From contig BLSG01000079.1 in NCBI GenBank assembly GCA_012862495.1, forward strand, positions 1 to 53,221: 53,221 nucleotides of DNA, read 5' to 3'. Below the pieces are notes generated by a model. It worked only from the letters and a program-made list of their open reading frames with translations, was not told the origin of the DNA and made no database searches. The position numbers and the translations under genes were made by a program. Positions 1 to 11,653 of the stretch are shown here, piece after piece (positions within the stretch are counted from its first letter, which is position 1; every line of letters starts with the position of its first letter). The DNA is from Thraustochytrium aureum (lineage: Eukaryota).

Positions 1-1
1 C

Positions 2-95
2 TGTTCTTTTCATTCTGTTCCAATGTTCTTTTCTGTTCTTTTCTCATGTTCTTTTCATTCCGTGCTGTTCCTTTTATTCTGTTCTGTTCTTTTCT
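2..95 (+). repeat. TGTTC-rich pyrimidine low-complexity repeat upstream of the NHL gene
   Basis: Eight TGTTC words (at 2, 16, 24, 34, 47, 66, 80, 85) sit in T/C runs. The element may continue beyond the window start. Confidence 0.75.
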
Positions 96-199
96 GTGAC
101 CGTTACGTTGCGTTTGGTTGTGCATTGGGTTGTGCGAATGCGCGACAGTGGCGCATCGCTGGGCCGGCTGGCTTTGGGGCGCGTGGGACGGCTTGCTGG

Positions 200-220
200 T
201 CGCTCGCTCGCTCGCTCGCT
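200..220. repeat. (CGCT)5 microsatellite
   Basis: The sequence reads tcgctcgctcgctcgctcgct. Confidence 0.8.
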
Positions 221-253
221 GTTCAACGATGTTTGTGCGGCGCTGGGGCGGCG

Positions 254-2654
254 ATGAGGGCTCGCACAGCATTGCGGCGGCCGCGCTGGACGGCGATGTC
301 TACTTGGTCGTACCTCACAAGGGCGCGGGTTGACAAGGTGTCGAACGACGGCAAGGTCAAGGCTGTGCTGCAGGACGCCAGGATGTGCATGCCCGTCGCC
401 GTGGCAGTTCGTGCGCTCGCAAGGCAAGCGAGCGAGACGGTCTTCGTGCTGGATCCGGCCGCGGAGTGCGTGTTTGAGTTTGCTGTACAGGGCGACCAGG
501 CCAAGGTGCGCAATGCGCTCGAAGCGCCGTTTCCAGGCGCTGCCGACATCGCCATCGCAGGCCATCGCCTATTTGTGTCGGATATGGAGGATCACGCCGT
601 GCATATTCTTTCTCTCGACGGTACGCGCGTCGGGTCCTTTGGCACACGAGGTAGCGGCCCCGCCCAGCTCCTCCGACCTCGCGGTCTCGCCGTCAACCAT
701 GATGCAAGGGAGATCTTCGTCGCAGACTGCGGCAACAATCGCGTTCAAGTCTTGAGTGAAAGCGGGGACTTCCTACGCGAATGGGGTCGAGAGGGCTCGG
801 CCATCGGCGAACTTCGCGAGCCGACAGACGTAGCTGTCTGCGCTCATCTCCAAGTTATTGTCGTCGCTGACAAAGGTAACCATCGTGTGCAAGCCTTTGA
901 TATGCTAACGCTGGGCCGTGTGGTGTGGGAGATCAGCGATGACCTTGAGGCCCCGCATGCCGTCGTATTTGATGTCGACGGAGACCTGCTAGTTGCCGAC
1001 CACGTTGGGGCTCAGTGGTTCTCGCCCCCTGGAGATGACGATGACGATGACGAAGACGACGGCGAGGAAGAAGAGGAGGAATATGATGACGAAGACGACC
1101 AGATCGACCGCGAGCGAAAGGATCCTGCTTTCGTAGGACCCGCGAGTCGCTTCCACGTCGGCAGTTGCTGGAGGCCAGATGAAGAATCGATCGACGTGAG
1201 CAACCGCGTCGAGAGCGCGCTTCGCAGCCCAGTAGAACGCGACGTATCTGATCGCGAGGCAAGCGATGCATACGAGGACGACGATGATTTTGAGCAGGAT
1301 GAAGGCGCTGCAAGCGAGGGGGAAAGCCCCCTCTGCCTGCGCGCCGCTTCTCCACCGCGCGTGGCGCGTGGACAGGACCACGAGACAAAGTTTTGCGACT
1401 TGGTCACCAACGGGGAAAACGTGCACGCCGAAAGTAATTCGCGAGCGCGCGCCTGGGGGAGCGAGTCTCCACACGGCCCAGCAAAGCAGCCGGTCAGAGC
1501 TCGACAGAACGACGAGGCGCAGGCCGACCTGGACCGGTCCTCTCGCATGCTTACGGAAGGCGCGCGGCCTTGCCGGGAGCAGAAAACCAACACAGGGAAA
1601 AGGTCGACTGGCCGAATTCACTCGCGGTTTGTCAAGGATGCGATAGACTTGGAGCGCCAAGTCTCCGTCTTGCGCGAAAACCTGCGCTCGCTCGAGGCAG
1701 AGCGCGAAAAACTCACGCAGGAAAAGAATGCGCAAAACGCAGAGCTTGAGGCCCTCGGGCCCGAAACAAGCGCAATCGATTTTGCGGCGCTCTCGGAAGG
1801 CGCACACTCGGCAAGGGGGGCTCTCGACACGGCCGACACTATCGCCGCGTGCAGAGATCCACTCCTTTTGGAAGAGCGCGCTCTCGAGCTCAAGATCCTG
1901 GCCAAGGACCTGGCCAAGGCGCTCGAGCCCCTAGAAGCGCAGACGTTAAAGGCGGAGCGTGTTGCAAAGCGCCTTCAGAGCGAGGCAAAGGCTGCGACAC
2001 AGGCGTACGATGCCCAAGACGACGAGTTCAAGGCGGGGTCGCTCGCTGTCGAAAGGCGTGTTCAAAAACTAAGCGAGAGCCTCAGGGCGTTGCAAAGCGA
2101 AATGCGTGCTGTCGTGGAGGCAAGCGCAAGTGGCATGACAAAGCTCAAATCGGAAAAGGCAGCAATTGCCTCACGGCTAGCGACATGCCGCGACGCGCTG
2201 GAGGACCTTCGGGAGCGGAACGAAGCGATCTCGATGCGAATTTCGACCGTCAGAGACCACCGGCCGCCCGTGCTTTCCCGCGTGGCAGACCTGGAGGACA
2301 GACTAAACAAGCTTGGTGGCCGCGATGCGGTCCTCACGCTCGTGTTTCACAACGCATCCGCAGAAAACGCTTCCCTTTCCTCAAGCCAAGCCCTGGCCGC
2401 GCTCCGCCAAGCTGCGGCGCTGAGCTCATCTGCGGCACGCGCACTGAAGGATATGGACGAGCGAGGCCTGGAGAGGTATTTCGCCTTGAGGGNNNNNNNN
2501 NNNNNNNNNNNNNNNNNNNNNNNNNNNNNNNNNNNNNNNNNNNNNNNNNNNNNNNNNNNNNNNNNNNNNNNNNNNNNGGTATTTCGCCTTGAGGGGCGTC
2601 AAGACCGTCGATATTCAAGCCTTCTCTAACGCTTTCCGAGACCTCAGCTCGTGA
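254..2654 (+). CDS. NHL-repeat (beta-propeller) protein with acidic linker and long coiled coil
   Basis: ORF 23..2629 has NHL motifs GSFGTRGSGPAQLLRPRGLAV..IFVADCGNNRVQV and WGREGSAIGELREPTDVAV..VVADKGNHRVQAFD (~500-1020), a D/E tract (1033-1100) and a heptad coiled coil (~1630-2310). The likely start is ATG 254 or 296; the part upstream translates the TGTTC repeat. The gap flanks overlap by 18 bp, and merging them gives ...ERYFALRGVKTVDIQAFSNAFRDLSS* with TGA at 2652-2654. Confidence 0.8.
2493..2577. other. Assembly gap with overlapping flanks (false gap)
   Basis: 2475-2492 is identical to 2578-2595. Confidence 0.85.
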
Positions 2655-2775
2655 AGATAGCCAAACCTTGGCGCGCATCATTGCGCTGCAGCCGGCAGGG
2701 GAGACCTTCCAGCGTTGCGCCATGCTCGGCCAGCTTGCTAACGTAATGAAAATCTTGCTCTTTGCTTTGGGAGAA

Positions 2776-5700
2776 TTAGGCTGCAGCAAAAGACTCACGA
2801 CCGTCCATAAAAGCGCTGCCCTGCTCGTCGCAGGGCATGTGCTGCATTTGCGATGCCCAACGATGCTGCCACCACTCGAGCTGCTTTTCGTATTGTTGAC
2901 GCCGTCGCTCCAACCCTCGCTCCTCGTCGTCCTTCTCGATCTCGGTCTCGGTCTCGGTCTGGCCGTCAAGACCTCCACCTGAACTCGTTTGGTTCTTTGG
3001 CGGTTGCTTCTTGCGTTTCCCGAGCTTGCGCTCGAGCTCCTCAATCTCGCTCTCCATACGCTCGCGCTCTTCCCGGATCTGGGTGATGCGAGCTTTGTGC
3101 GCTAGCGACGCCGAGTCAAGCGTCAGCTTGGTCAGGTCCTTCAGCTCTTGCTTGAGCTGGGCATTCTCCGTACGAAGCTGCTGAGCATGCAAAAGCAGCT
3201 TTGGCCCCATGTCCTCGCGTTCAAGCCTGTCGTGCGCCTCGGCAATCTCCCGCTTGGCATTCTCGACAACTTGCTCCGCCTCCTTGCGCTTCGCACGCAC
3301 TGCCTGTAGGCGACTTATCGTCGAGTCTTCGTCAGCCTCAATCGTGTCGAGGTCACCGAGGCTCTCGATAGCGAGATCAAGCTTGTCCTGCTCCTGCTCA
3401 AGCGCCAAGGCCTGCGCCTCGGTGCGCGCCATGGCTTCAAAGGCGGGTTTGTTTTCCTCGAGAATGGACTCGAGCGAAACCTCAAACAACTTCGATGCCG
3501 CGTTCAAGCGCTCCACTTTGGCGTGAAGCGAATCGTGCTCGACTTCGAGCTGCGCGACGTCGAGCGCCGATTCGTATAGTTTTCGCTTCAAGTCCGCCAC
3601 GATTTGAAGGTAGCGAAGTTCCTCCTCGGAAAAGCTCTCGAGGACCGAGCTCGCGCCGTTTCGCAGCTCCTCGAGGTTGCCAACGCGTCCACCTGCGTTT
3701 TCTAGCTTGAGGGCCATGCTTGCTCGCTTTTCCTTCAGGACGCGAACCTGATCCCGGAGCTCCATGACGCGGCGTAGTCGACCGTTGAGCACGGTTTTGA
3801 CTCCCGAGCTTCGCCGACGCTCTGTCGCGACTTCGATCTCGCCTGGTGAATCGCCAAGTTGCGGACTCGCTCCAAGGTCTTGAAAACTCGCAGTTGGGCC
3901 TTCAGGCCGCGCCTCGCCTCCCCTTTCGCCAGCAATGGCAAGTGATACAGCTTGCAACAATGCGCTGTCGTGCCCAAAAATTCCCCCAGCTCGCGGCTCC
4001 TTTGTCGCGAGCGGGGGAGTCACAGCCACGTTGGTCCACCTTCCAAGCCCACCTCCAAGAGGGACGTTAGAGTCTAGAACTTTCATCGCGAATCGCACTG
4101 TCTCAGACGTGGTTGCTTGGCTCTGGCTCTGGCCTTTCGCGATGGTTCCAACGATAAGAGCCGCCAAGAAGCTGCCGCTGTGTGTTGCGGGCGCCAGGTT
4201 TTCCACAACGGCACTTCCAAGAATTGGCGCGAACTGAGGAGCCTCCCCGTCGACGACCTCAGCAATGCTTGCCCTGGCATCCGAAGCCTCTTCGAGGTCG
4301 CCACTGTGAAGCTTGCGACCTTCTGAATCCCCCGGCGCCGCTGTGCCTCCGTTTGAGCCCGCATGCAGAGCTTCTTCCACCGAGGCACCGTCGAGCGACT
4401 TCGGAACGGAAGCTTCCGCGAGGTGGCTGAGAACCCCTTCGTTTCCTGAATCAGCAGTTTGTGGGTTTGCTTCATTCGCTTGAGTTGATGGGACCGCCTT
4501 GGGGCCCGCTTCCTCCGAAGCCACATTCGCGCTTTTCTCGATCTTCGAAAGACTCGTTTCTGCTCGCAACGCGGTGACGTCAACAGCAGGGATCGATCTG
4601 TTCGGCCGCGCCACGGCAAGGTCAAGGATGCGCAGCAGAACGACAAGCTGGCCACTCATATGGCTCAGCCCGTCGTACGTTGCGGCGAGCGCGCCGCTGT
4701 CTGTAATGATCTCGTCCAAGGCAAGTTGGGGCCCTTCTTCGCCGTGAATGCGACTGAGCGCCTTGTTCGCGTCTTCTTCCACACGCGCGAGCGTCGAGCT
4801 CCTCGCCTGCTCAAGCGTGCACGACGCGCGAGAGAGAAAACCAGCGATAAGCTCAAGCTCGACTCTGCGCAAAACAGAGACGAACTCTGCATCCGCGGTC
4901 TGAGAGCTTTGGGCAAGCGCCTCGTGCAGGCGTCTTGCCTCGCCTTGCAAACGCGCGAGCTGAGCGCAACCAACTCGCAAGAATGCAACGTCGCGAATGA
5001 CGGTCAACGCCTGGACGCGCTTTGCGTGGACCGTTGAGCCAGCATCCGCCTCGCCTTGGGTTTCGCCGTCTCGCTCAACGATCTGTTCCAGCGTTTCGAT
5101 GTGAGCTTCAGTTCGTGCAGCAAGCTCCTCTGCGCTCGCATGCTGCTCGCGAGTGTCCTCAAGAAGCGCATGGGTGCCTGCGCGCTCTTCGCGGAGCGCG
5201 TCCAGCTGCGTTTGCGAGGCTGCAGAGTCCACGGCGTAGGTGATGTCCTTGTCCAGCTCGCGTATGCGAACCTCGAGCTGGGTGGCTTCCTCTGCTGAGC
5301 TCCGCACCGTCGAGTGCGCTGATACAAGCCGGGCCCGAGCCTGCTCAAGCTCGCCTTTTGGTCCTGACCCCAATGCCGCTGAAGCAGCGGACACAGCTGC
5401 ATGGGCGGCTTGTGCACTTTCTTGCGCTTGCGCGAGCTCTTGCGAGAGCCCTTCGTCCCAGGAGGCTGCTGCTCCGCCGCCCTCTAGACCCAACTCTGAA
5501 GCCTCGAGAAGCTTTGGGCTGCAGTCCGCGATGACGCCGTTGTCCCCGTGGGCGACACATCTACAAGCTTGCACACGGCCTGTTTTGCCCATGCGCAAGC
5601 AGAGTCCACAACACACTTTAAGCCTCCGTTTAACGACGAGCGGAAGCGAGCTGCGTCGGCTTGAGATGCCTTGACCGCGTCATGAAAGGTGGCCCCGTCA

Positions 5701-8700
5701 GCGCCTGACAAGTCAAATTCCACGAGGCGTTTCAACCCTGCGCTTGCCTGCGCAAACTCGATCCGAAGCATCGCACGCGACTCTAGGAGCGCGCGCCCGA
5801 CTTCCTTCCCGCCGCCTTTCTGCAAGATGCTCATGACCGTGTTCTCCGACTCGCGGAGCCTACCCCACTGCTCCAAGAACGTGATGCTCTCGCTCTCCAG
5901 CTGCGCGTCTTGACTGTGCACTTGCTGCTCGGCGGCACGAAGCGCCTCCATCGCGACGTGAGCCGAGCGAAAGCACGCGGATGCCTCGAGCTCCTGCCGC
6001 AGCGCGGTCAAGCCGACCACGTTGGAGAGCTGCGGTCCACACTCTTCGACAATCGTGGCCAAGACCGTCGACAGCCCAGAAGTCCGGCGGAGGCGGCTGG
6101 TAGCTCGAGCAACTTGAACGAGCAGCTCGAGCAGAGCTGTTTGCGCATTCGCCTCGAACTGGGCTGCCTGGATCAAGCCTAGCTGCGCGTATGCATTGTC
6201 CTGTTCGCAGGCCACGCGAGCCGCCGTCAGAGCTTCAAGCTTGACGCTCGCTGCCAATTTTCGCACCTCTGCTCGCTTTGCGCGCTGGTCATGCTGGCGC
6301 GTGTCTAGCGAACTCAAGAGCTCCTTTTGACTGTTCCCTTCAGCTTTGGCGCTCGAGTCCCCGCGCGCAACGTACGCAGCAAAGTCCTGCTCGAGCTGCT
6401 CTTCCGCCGCACCGAGAATCCTCACTTCGGCTCGCAAAGCGTTCGAGTTCCTTAGCATGGTTGACTCCAACGACCGCGCCGCTTCGTCGAGCACTGCAAG
6501 TCGGCTTTTCAGCTCGGCGGCACCTCGCTCGCGGTCGACAGTAGCCTCGTTAATGACCGCCATCTTCTCGGCTGCGGCTTTCTCAACTCGTTCAGAGAGA
6601 CGCGCAACGCGAAAGCGGTACTGCACCTGCTTTTCAAGTGCAGAAAGGCTCGCCTCGTCGGCGCATGGGCTGAGTACACCGTCCTGGAAGGCTTCGAGCT
6701 GGTCAACATCGCTGGCAAGGACGGGAACGGCAGCAAACAGCGTTGCCAGGCTTGCCGCGGCTCCGTCCCAAGACGAAACGCAAACCCGATCTGAACCAGA
6801 ATGTGCTTCGTCTACCTCTGGAAGCTCCGAGGGGCCCTCGATGCTTTGAACAGCGAAAAGTTGCAGCTCTTCCTGCATGGCCTCAAGCTCGCGCTGGGCC
6901 CTGGTGATTTCCTCGTCTCGAGCTTGAAGCTCCTCGCGGAGCAACGCTGCCGCCTCGCGCTCCTGCTCGAGAGACTTTGACAAGGCCTTGAACTCGTTGA
7001 CAATGTTGGCGTGGTGTTCCACTTCGCCTTTCACGGCGAGCAGGTCCTCGTTGAGTGCGGAATCGTATTTCCCAGCGCGGGAGGTCTTGGAAACCTTTGC
7101 GGCTTCAAGATCTGATTTGGCTCGTTCAATGAACTCTGATAGCTCGAGGAGCTGGCCCTCAATCCGCTTGATTTCGTTTTCCGTGTGCTCGATTGCAACC
7201 CGGACGTCGGCGTGCGCGGCCTTGGCCTGCTCGAGCTCCACGCCAACGTCGCGCTCGTCGTTCCCAGCTGCGACAGCCTGAAGTGAGGCCCGGAGCTGGC
7301 GCAGCTCGTTTTGCTTTTGGATTTCTTTGCGAGATTTCCTTCCGTGTTGCTTGATCACCTTGTCCACATGTGCTATTTTCTTGCGCAAGACGCCGTTCTG
7401 AATAGTCACGCGGTCCATCTCCGACTGCAGCTCGTGCAAGCGCTGCTCAGCCTGAGCGCGGCGCTTACGGCGCTGGACCCGCTCGTTTTTTCTCTTGCGA
7501 GCTTGCAGATCCTTTGCATTTCCAGGCGCAGCGTTCGTCCCGCTGTCGCTTACTGACGACGCACTCCCCGACTGCTGAATCGCTGTGGATCTGTCATTGA
7601 CACGTTCGAGCTCCGAGGCCCTCCAATTTCGGAGCGTCGCCTTTCCTGCGCGATCGCTACTGTCGGCACCTGCATTGGCCTCCAAAGTGCGTTCGAGCTT
7701 ATCCAGGACGCGCTGGCAGAGCTGCATGGCCTGTTCGTCACCAGCGCCGCGGACCGTGGCGAGATGGCTGTTTATCTCCTTCTTGTTGTTCTTCAGCTTG
7801 CTTTTGAGGTCGCTGAGGTCTTGTTGGCGCTGATTCACAACCTCCAGAAACTTGGCTGCCTTCTTCTCGTACGCCGCTTGAGCAGCCTCCATGAGCTCTT
7901 CGTTGCTTTCGCTCTCCGCAACCTGCTCTTCTAGCTCAGCTGTACGCTCCATTCGCTTGATACGCATCCCGAGCATGGTCTGTTTCTCCTCGATTTGGCC
8001 TTGCAGCAGCGTGTTTTGCACTGTCAGCTCGTGTTTGAGGATGTCGTTCTCTGTCAACTCGACCCCGCGCCCTCGCTCGCGCCCAGTGCGAGTCCTCGGC
8101 GCGCTATTCTTGGGGTTTTCTGGTTGGAGCGGCGCGAGCTCAGAGTCAGCTAGCTCGCTCTCCGTCCCGATGAGCCCAGTCATCCGCTCTCGGGCGTGGC
8201 GCGTCCGCACTTGAAGGCCTTCGTAAAACTTGTGCAGGGCGTCAAACTCTCGGAGCTCGGCGCTCACGAGGTCCTGCTCCATTTGCTCGCGTTGGGACTC
8301 AAATGCGTCACTGGACTCGTTGGTCAGCTCGAGATGCTCCGCCAAAACGGCATTCTCCTTTGCAAGCCCATTCGACCTGCGCTCGATCCAATTGCCAAAC
8401 CCGCGGACTGCAGTTTGCCGCGAAAGGCCAAGCAAGTGCGAGGAAAGCCGCTCTAACGTGCTTCGCGACTCGTTGATGAGACGGGATCGCGTCACAACGC
8501 TGGTCTTCAAGGTGAAATCGGTCGGCGGCCCGAGCGAGCCGAGGAGCGCTTCGAGCGCTGCGTCGGCCTCAAGCTCGTCTGCGTCAAGCTCCAGCTCGTC
8601 TGCGTCACCCAGCTCGCTGTCTTCGCCGTCACTGGCGCCAACGCTGTGAGGCCTCGTACCATTCAGCGAGTCGTGCAGGCCAGAGGCTGGCGTGTGGCTC

Positions 8701-9237
8701 GCGAGCGGCGACCGGTGGCGCCTGCGCAACGGCTTGACCATCCAGGTCGCAGCGAGCTTGCTCAGCGCCTCAACAGAGGCGCTAAAGCGCCTTTCTGATT
8801 CTTGCACTTTGGAAAAGTGTTCTGGCACGCTCGTCACCTTGGCCGACGCGTCCAAGAAAATCTTGTCGTGCAGCCCGCTCCTCAGCACGCGTTGTCGGAA
8901 CTTTTCAACTCGCTTTTCGCGTGCGCTTTGCAAAAACTTGCTCCGGAGTCGCATCGCCTCGTCCATCTCGATCTTGCTTGCGAGCGCTTGGATCGCGCCC
9001 ACCCCGCGTCGCTGCGATCGCCGCGAAGTTCCGTATGCGCTGNNNNNNNNNNNNNNNNNNNNNNNNNNNNNNNNNNNNNNNNNNNNNNNNNNNNNNNNNN
9101 NNNNNNNNNNNNNNNNNNNNNNNNNNNNNNNNNNNNNNNNNNNNNNNNNNNNNNNNNNNNNNNNNNNNNNNNNNNNNNNNNNNNNNNNNNGCTGGCACTC
9201 GCCGGTGCCGCGGTCTCGCGGCGGCCTCGCCGGCCAT
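2776..9237 (-). CDS. Large (~2,100 aa) coiled-coil protein, hypothetical; one frameshift near 5544-5547, 5' end crosses an assembly gap
   Basis: ORFs 5484..9002 (1172 aa) and 2776..5616 (946 aa) are both E/A/L/R/Q-rich coiled coil and overlap. Adding one G to the minus-strand GGGG run (5544-5547) gives a continuous ..DVSPTGDNGVIADCSPKLLE... The frame stays open up to the gap at 9043. ATG 9237 (MAGEAAARP) is a candidate start only. Confidence 0.65.
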
Positions 9238-9735
9238 TTCGTTCAGCCACTCGCTCGCCAGCGCTCAAAGCCCTTCGAAATCGCCACGCGAGGAAAGCCA
9301 GCGAGTCAGCAATCAGCCCAAGTAATCGTGATAGCCGGCACAAGCTCGAGCGGGGTGGCGAGTGTGGTCCAGTCTGCACGGCGGAGCAGCCTCGAGCGGA
9401 GCAGCACGGCCGGAGGCGCAGCGCAGCGCAGCGTGCGCTGGCAGCGAAGTGGGGCACAGCGGGGCGCCGAGTAGAGCCCCGCGGAGGCCACTCCAACAGC
9501 TGCAGCTTGGAAGCCGGCCGTCCCCAGCCAGCTCCCCAGCCCGCTCCAGCCCAAAGCCCGCACGCGACTGGGCTCTGTGAGTCAAAACGGACTAAAAATG
9601 CGTTCCCCAATGAGGAACCCATCGTGAGGAACCGTTCATGCATGGTCAACGAACAACGAGCCGAGATGAATAACGAGCAATTCATGAACAAAGCTACTCT
9701 TCGTTCTCGGGTTTGGGCGCTTGTATTCCTTTATT

Positions 9736-10150
9736 CACCATTCGTGATCAATTCCTTTGCTCCTTGCAATGTTCAGCATCCATTCGTGATCAATTCCTTG
9801 CTCCTTGCAATGTTCAGCATTCGTGATCAATTCCTTGCTGTTTCTAGAGATCAATTCTTTGCTCCTTGAAATGTTCAGCATCCATTCGTGATCAATTCCT
9901 TGCTCCTTGAAATGTTCACCATTCGTGATCAATTCCTTGCTCCTTGAAATGTTCACCATTCGTGATCAATTCCTTGCTCCTTGCAATGTTCAGCGTTCGT
10001 GATCAATTCCTTGCTTCTTGCGATGTTCAGCATTCGTGATCAACTCTTTGCTCCTTGCAATGTTCAGCATTCGTGATCAATTCCTACTCCTTGCAAAGTT
10101 CAGCGTTCGTGATCAATTCCTTGCTGCTTCTAGTGATCAATTCCTTGATC
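9736..10150. repeat. 37-bp minisatellite, about 12 units, consensus CATTCGTGATCAATTCCTTGCTCCTTGCAATGTTCAG
   Basis: The GATCAA core recurs at 9746, 9788, 9825, 9849, 9890, 9927, 9964, 10001, 10038, 10075, 10111 and 10135 (spacings 42,37,24,41,37,37,37,37,37,36,24). Units are contiguous with no unique spacers. Confidence 0.95.
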
Positions 10151-10405
10151 GAGCTGTAGAGCGTTCGTGGCGTGTTCTTTTGAGGAACGCAAATTGCGTT
10201 GCGCAAGGACAGGAGAGCAGGAGCGCGCGAGTTTCGAGTGCGAGAGCAGGCGCAGAGCGGGAAGGAACGCGCGCAGGCAGGCGGCGAGCTTTGGCGGGGG
10301 AGGCAGGGTGCTGGCGAGGGCTGCGGCGCGCCCGGACTGGAGGCCTTTGCGCGCTCGAACATCGAGCGGCTTGCGGCTTGCGGCTCTGTTGTGAGGGGAG
10401 CGGCG

Positions 10406-11533
10406 ATGGCGCTTGACGCCGCCCTCGCGAAACTGCAGGAGCTGAGCGCCGTCTCGGCCAGGCTGACCGCGGAAGCGCAGGGCGGGAGCGAAGCTGCAAG
10501 GGAGCTGGCGACGCAGGGGGGCGCTACCAAGCAGGACTACGAGGCGTTTGGAAGGCTGCTGACGCAGGCGGCGAACGGTATCGAGGTTGAGGCAAATAAG
10601 ATCGCGCTCGGATGGCGCAGCATGAAGACGCCAGAGCAGGAACAATCGCTGCTTGACGCGATTCTCAAGCAGATTGAGGCCGTGGTGACGTGCTCGTTTC
10701 TTGTCGTCTCCGACGGCGCGCTGTGCTGCAGCGCGGCCAGAGACGAGTCGACGCAGGCTGTCACCAACCTGCTCGCAGCGTGCGTCAACCTGCTCCGCTT
10801 CCTCCGAGAAGGCCACGGCGAGGCCGAGTTCTCACAGCAAGTGCCCACCTACGTTGGGGCCGTGTGGGAGGCCTGCAAGCGCGTTCGGATGGTTGCGAAA
10901 ACGAACAGGGCCGCAGCGAAAAGGGTCTTGCTGAAGAGTGTGCTCACCATCAAGGACATGCACTCAGAGTTCACCCAGCTCCTCAATGACCACGAGGAGG
11001 CTGGCGGAGCGCAGAAAGAAGAACCCGATGACCATGAAGACGCAATGGAGCAAGCCAATGGGGTCACTGGAGCAGATGGAGCAGACGGCGAGCCCCAGGT
11101 TGGCTCTGATGAATGGTACGAGATGATGGATGACCTGCAGGAAGGCGACTCGCTCGACGAGGAGGACGCAGCGCGACTCGACCTCGCTGTTGGAATGATG
11201 GCCAAGTCCGGGCGCCTTGTGCAGCTCGTAACTGCTGCGGTGGGCGGGGCAGAGGCCTGGACAGACGCGCAGGGCGATGTGGGCTATGTGGCCTGGCTGG
11301 ATAGCCTGACGCTGGGCGTTGCGAGCGTGGAGCGCGCGCTTGGAGAGCTGGGCATGCGGCTTTACCCGCCGCACGACCCCTTCCTTATCGGCCAGTCGTC
11401 AGACGTTGTTAAAGACAGGTGCGCGGCCCTCGCGGCTGCCTTCCAGAAGGCGAGCGGGAGGCTGCCGCAGGAGCAGGTCGATCAAGTGCAGACGGTGCTC
11501 TCGCGGTTAAGCGAGGCAGATCTGGGGGAGTAA
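10406..11533 (+). CDS. CCNDBP1: Cyclin-D1-binding protein 1 / Grap2 and cyclin-D-interacting (GCIP) family protein
   Basis: All-helical ORF with GCIP-type motifs VGAVWEACKRVRMVAKTNRAAAKRVLLKSVLTIKDMHSEF, an acidic linker, and ELGMRLYPPHD. ATG 10406 (MALDAALAKL) is in frame with ORF 10199..11533. Confidence 0.75.
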   Translation: MALDAALAKLQELSAVSARLTAEAQGGSEAARELATQGGATKQDYEAFGRLLTQAANGIEVEANKIALGWRSMKTPEQEQSLLDAILKQIEAVVTCSFLVVSDGALCCSAARDESTQAVTNLLAACVNLLRFLREGHGEAEFSQQVPTYVGAVWEACKRVRMVAKTNRAAAKRVLLKSVLTIKDMHSEFTQLLNDHEEAGGAQKEEPDDHEDAMEQANGVTGADGADGEPQVGSDEWYEMMDDLQEGDSLDEEDAARLDLAVGMMAKSGRLVQLVTAAVGGAEAWTDAQGDVGYVAWLDSLTLGVASVERALGELGMRLYPPHDPFLIGQSSDVVKDRCAALAAAFQKASGRLPQEQVDQVQTVLSRLSEADLGE

Positions 11534-11653
11534 AAAGTCAGTTCAGAAAGCAAGACTCAACGTATATTGCCTGTCGCAGCTCCTGAGCAGCAGCGGTCCG
11601 AACAGAGCCAACGTGCAAGGCACTGGCCGAGAGTCTGAGGCCGAGAATCTAAC

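Noticed and set aside
23..253. N-terminal extension of the NHL ORF (MFFSVLFSCSF...) as a signal peptide
   Set aside because: It is a translation of the TGTTC and CGCT repeats. ATG 254 or 296 is more plausible.
9735..9959. Repetitive 74-aa ORF in the minisatellite
   Set aside because: The 37-bp unit is not a multiple of 3, so the peptide is a by-product of the repeat.
9736..10150. CRISPR array (37-bp periodicity with a palindromic core)
   Set aside because: Units are contiguous with no unique spacers, there are no cas genes, and the context is eukaryotic. It is a minisatellite.
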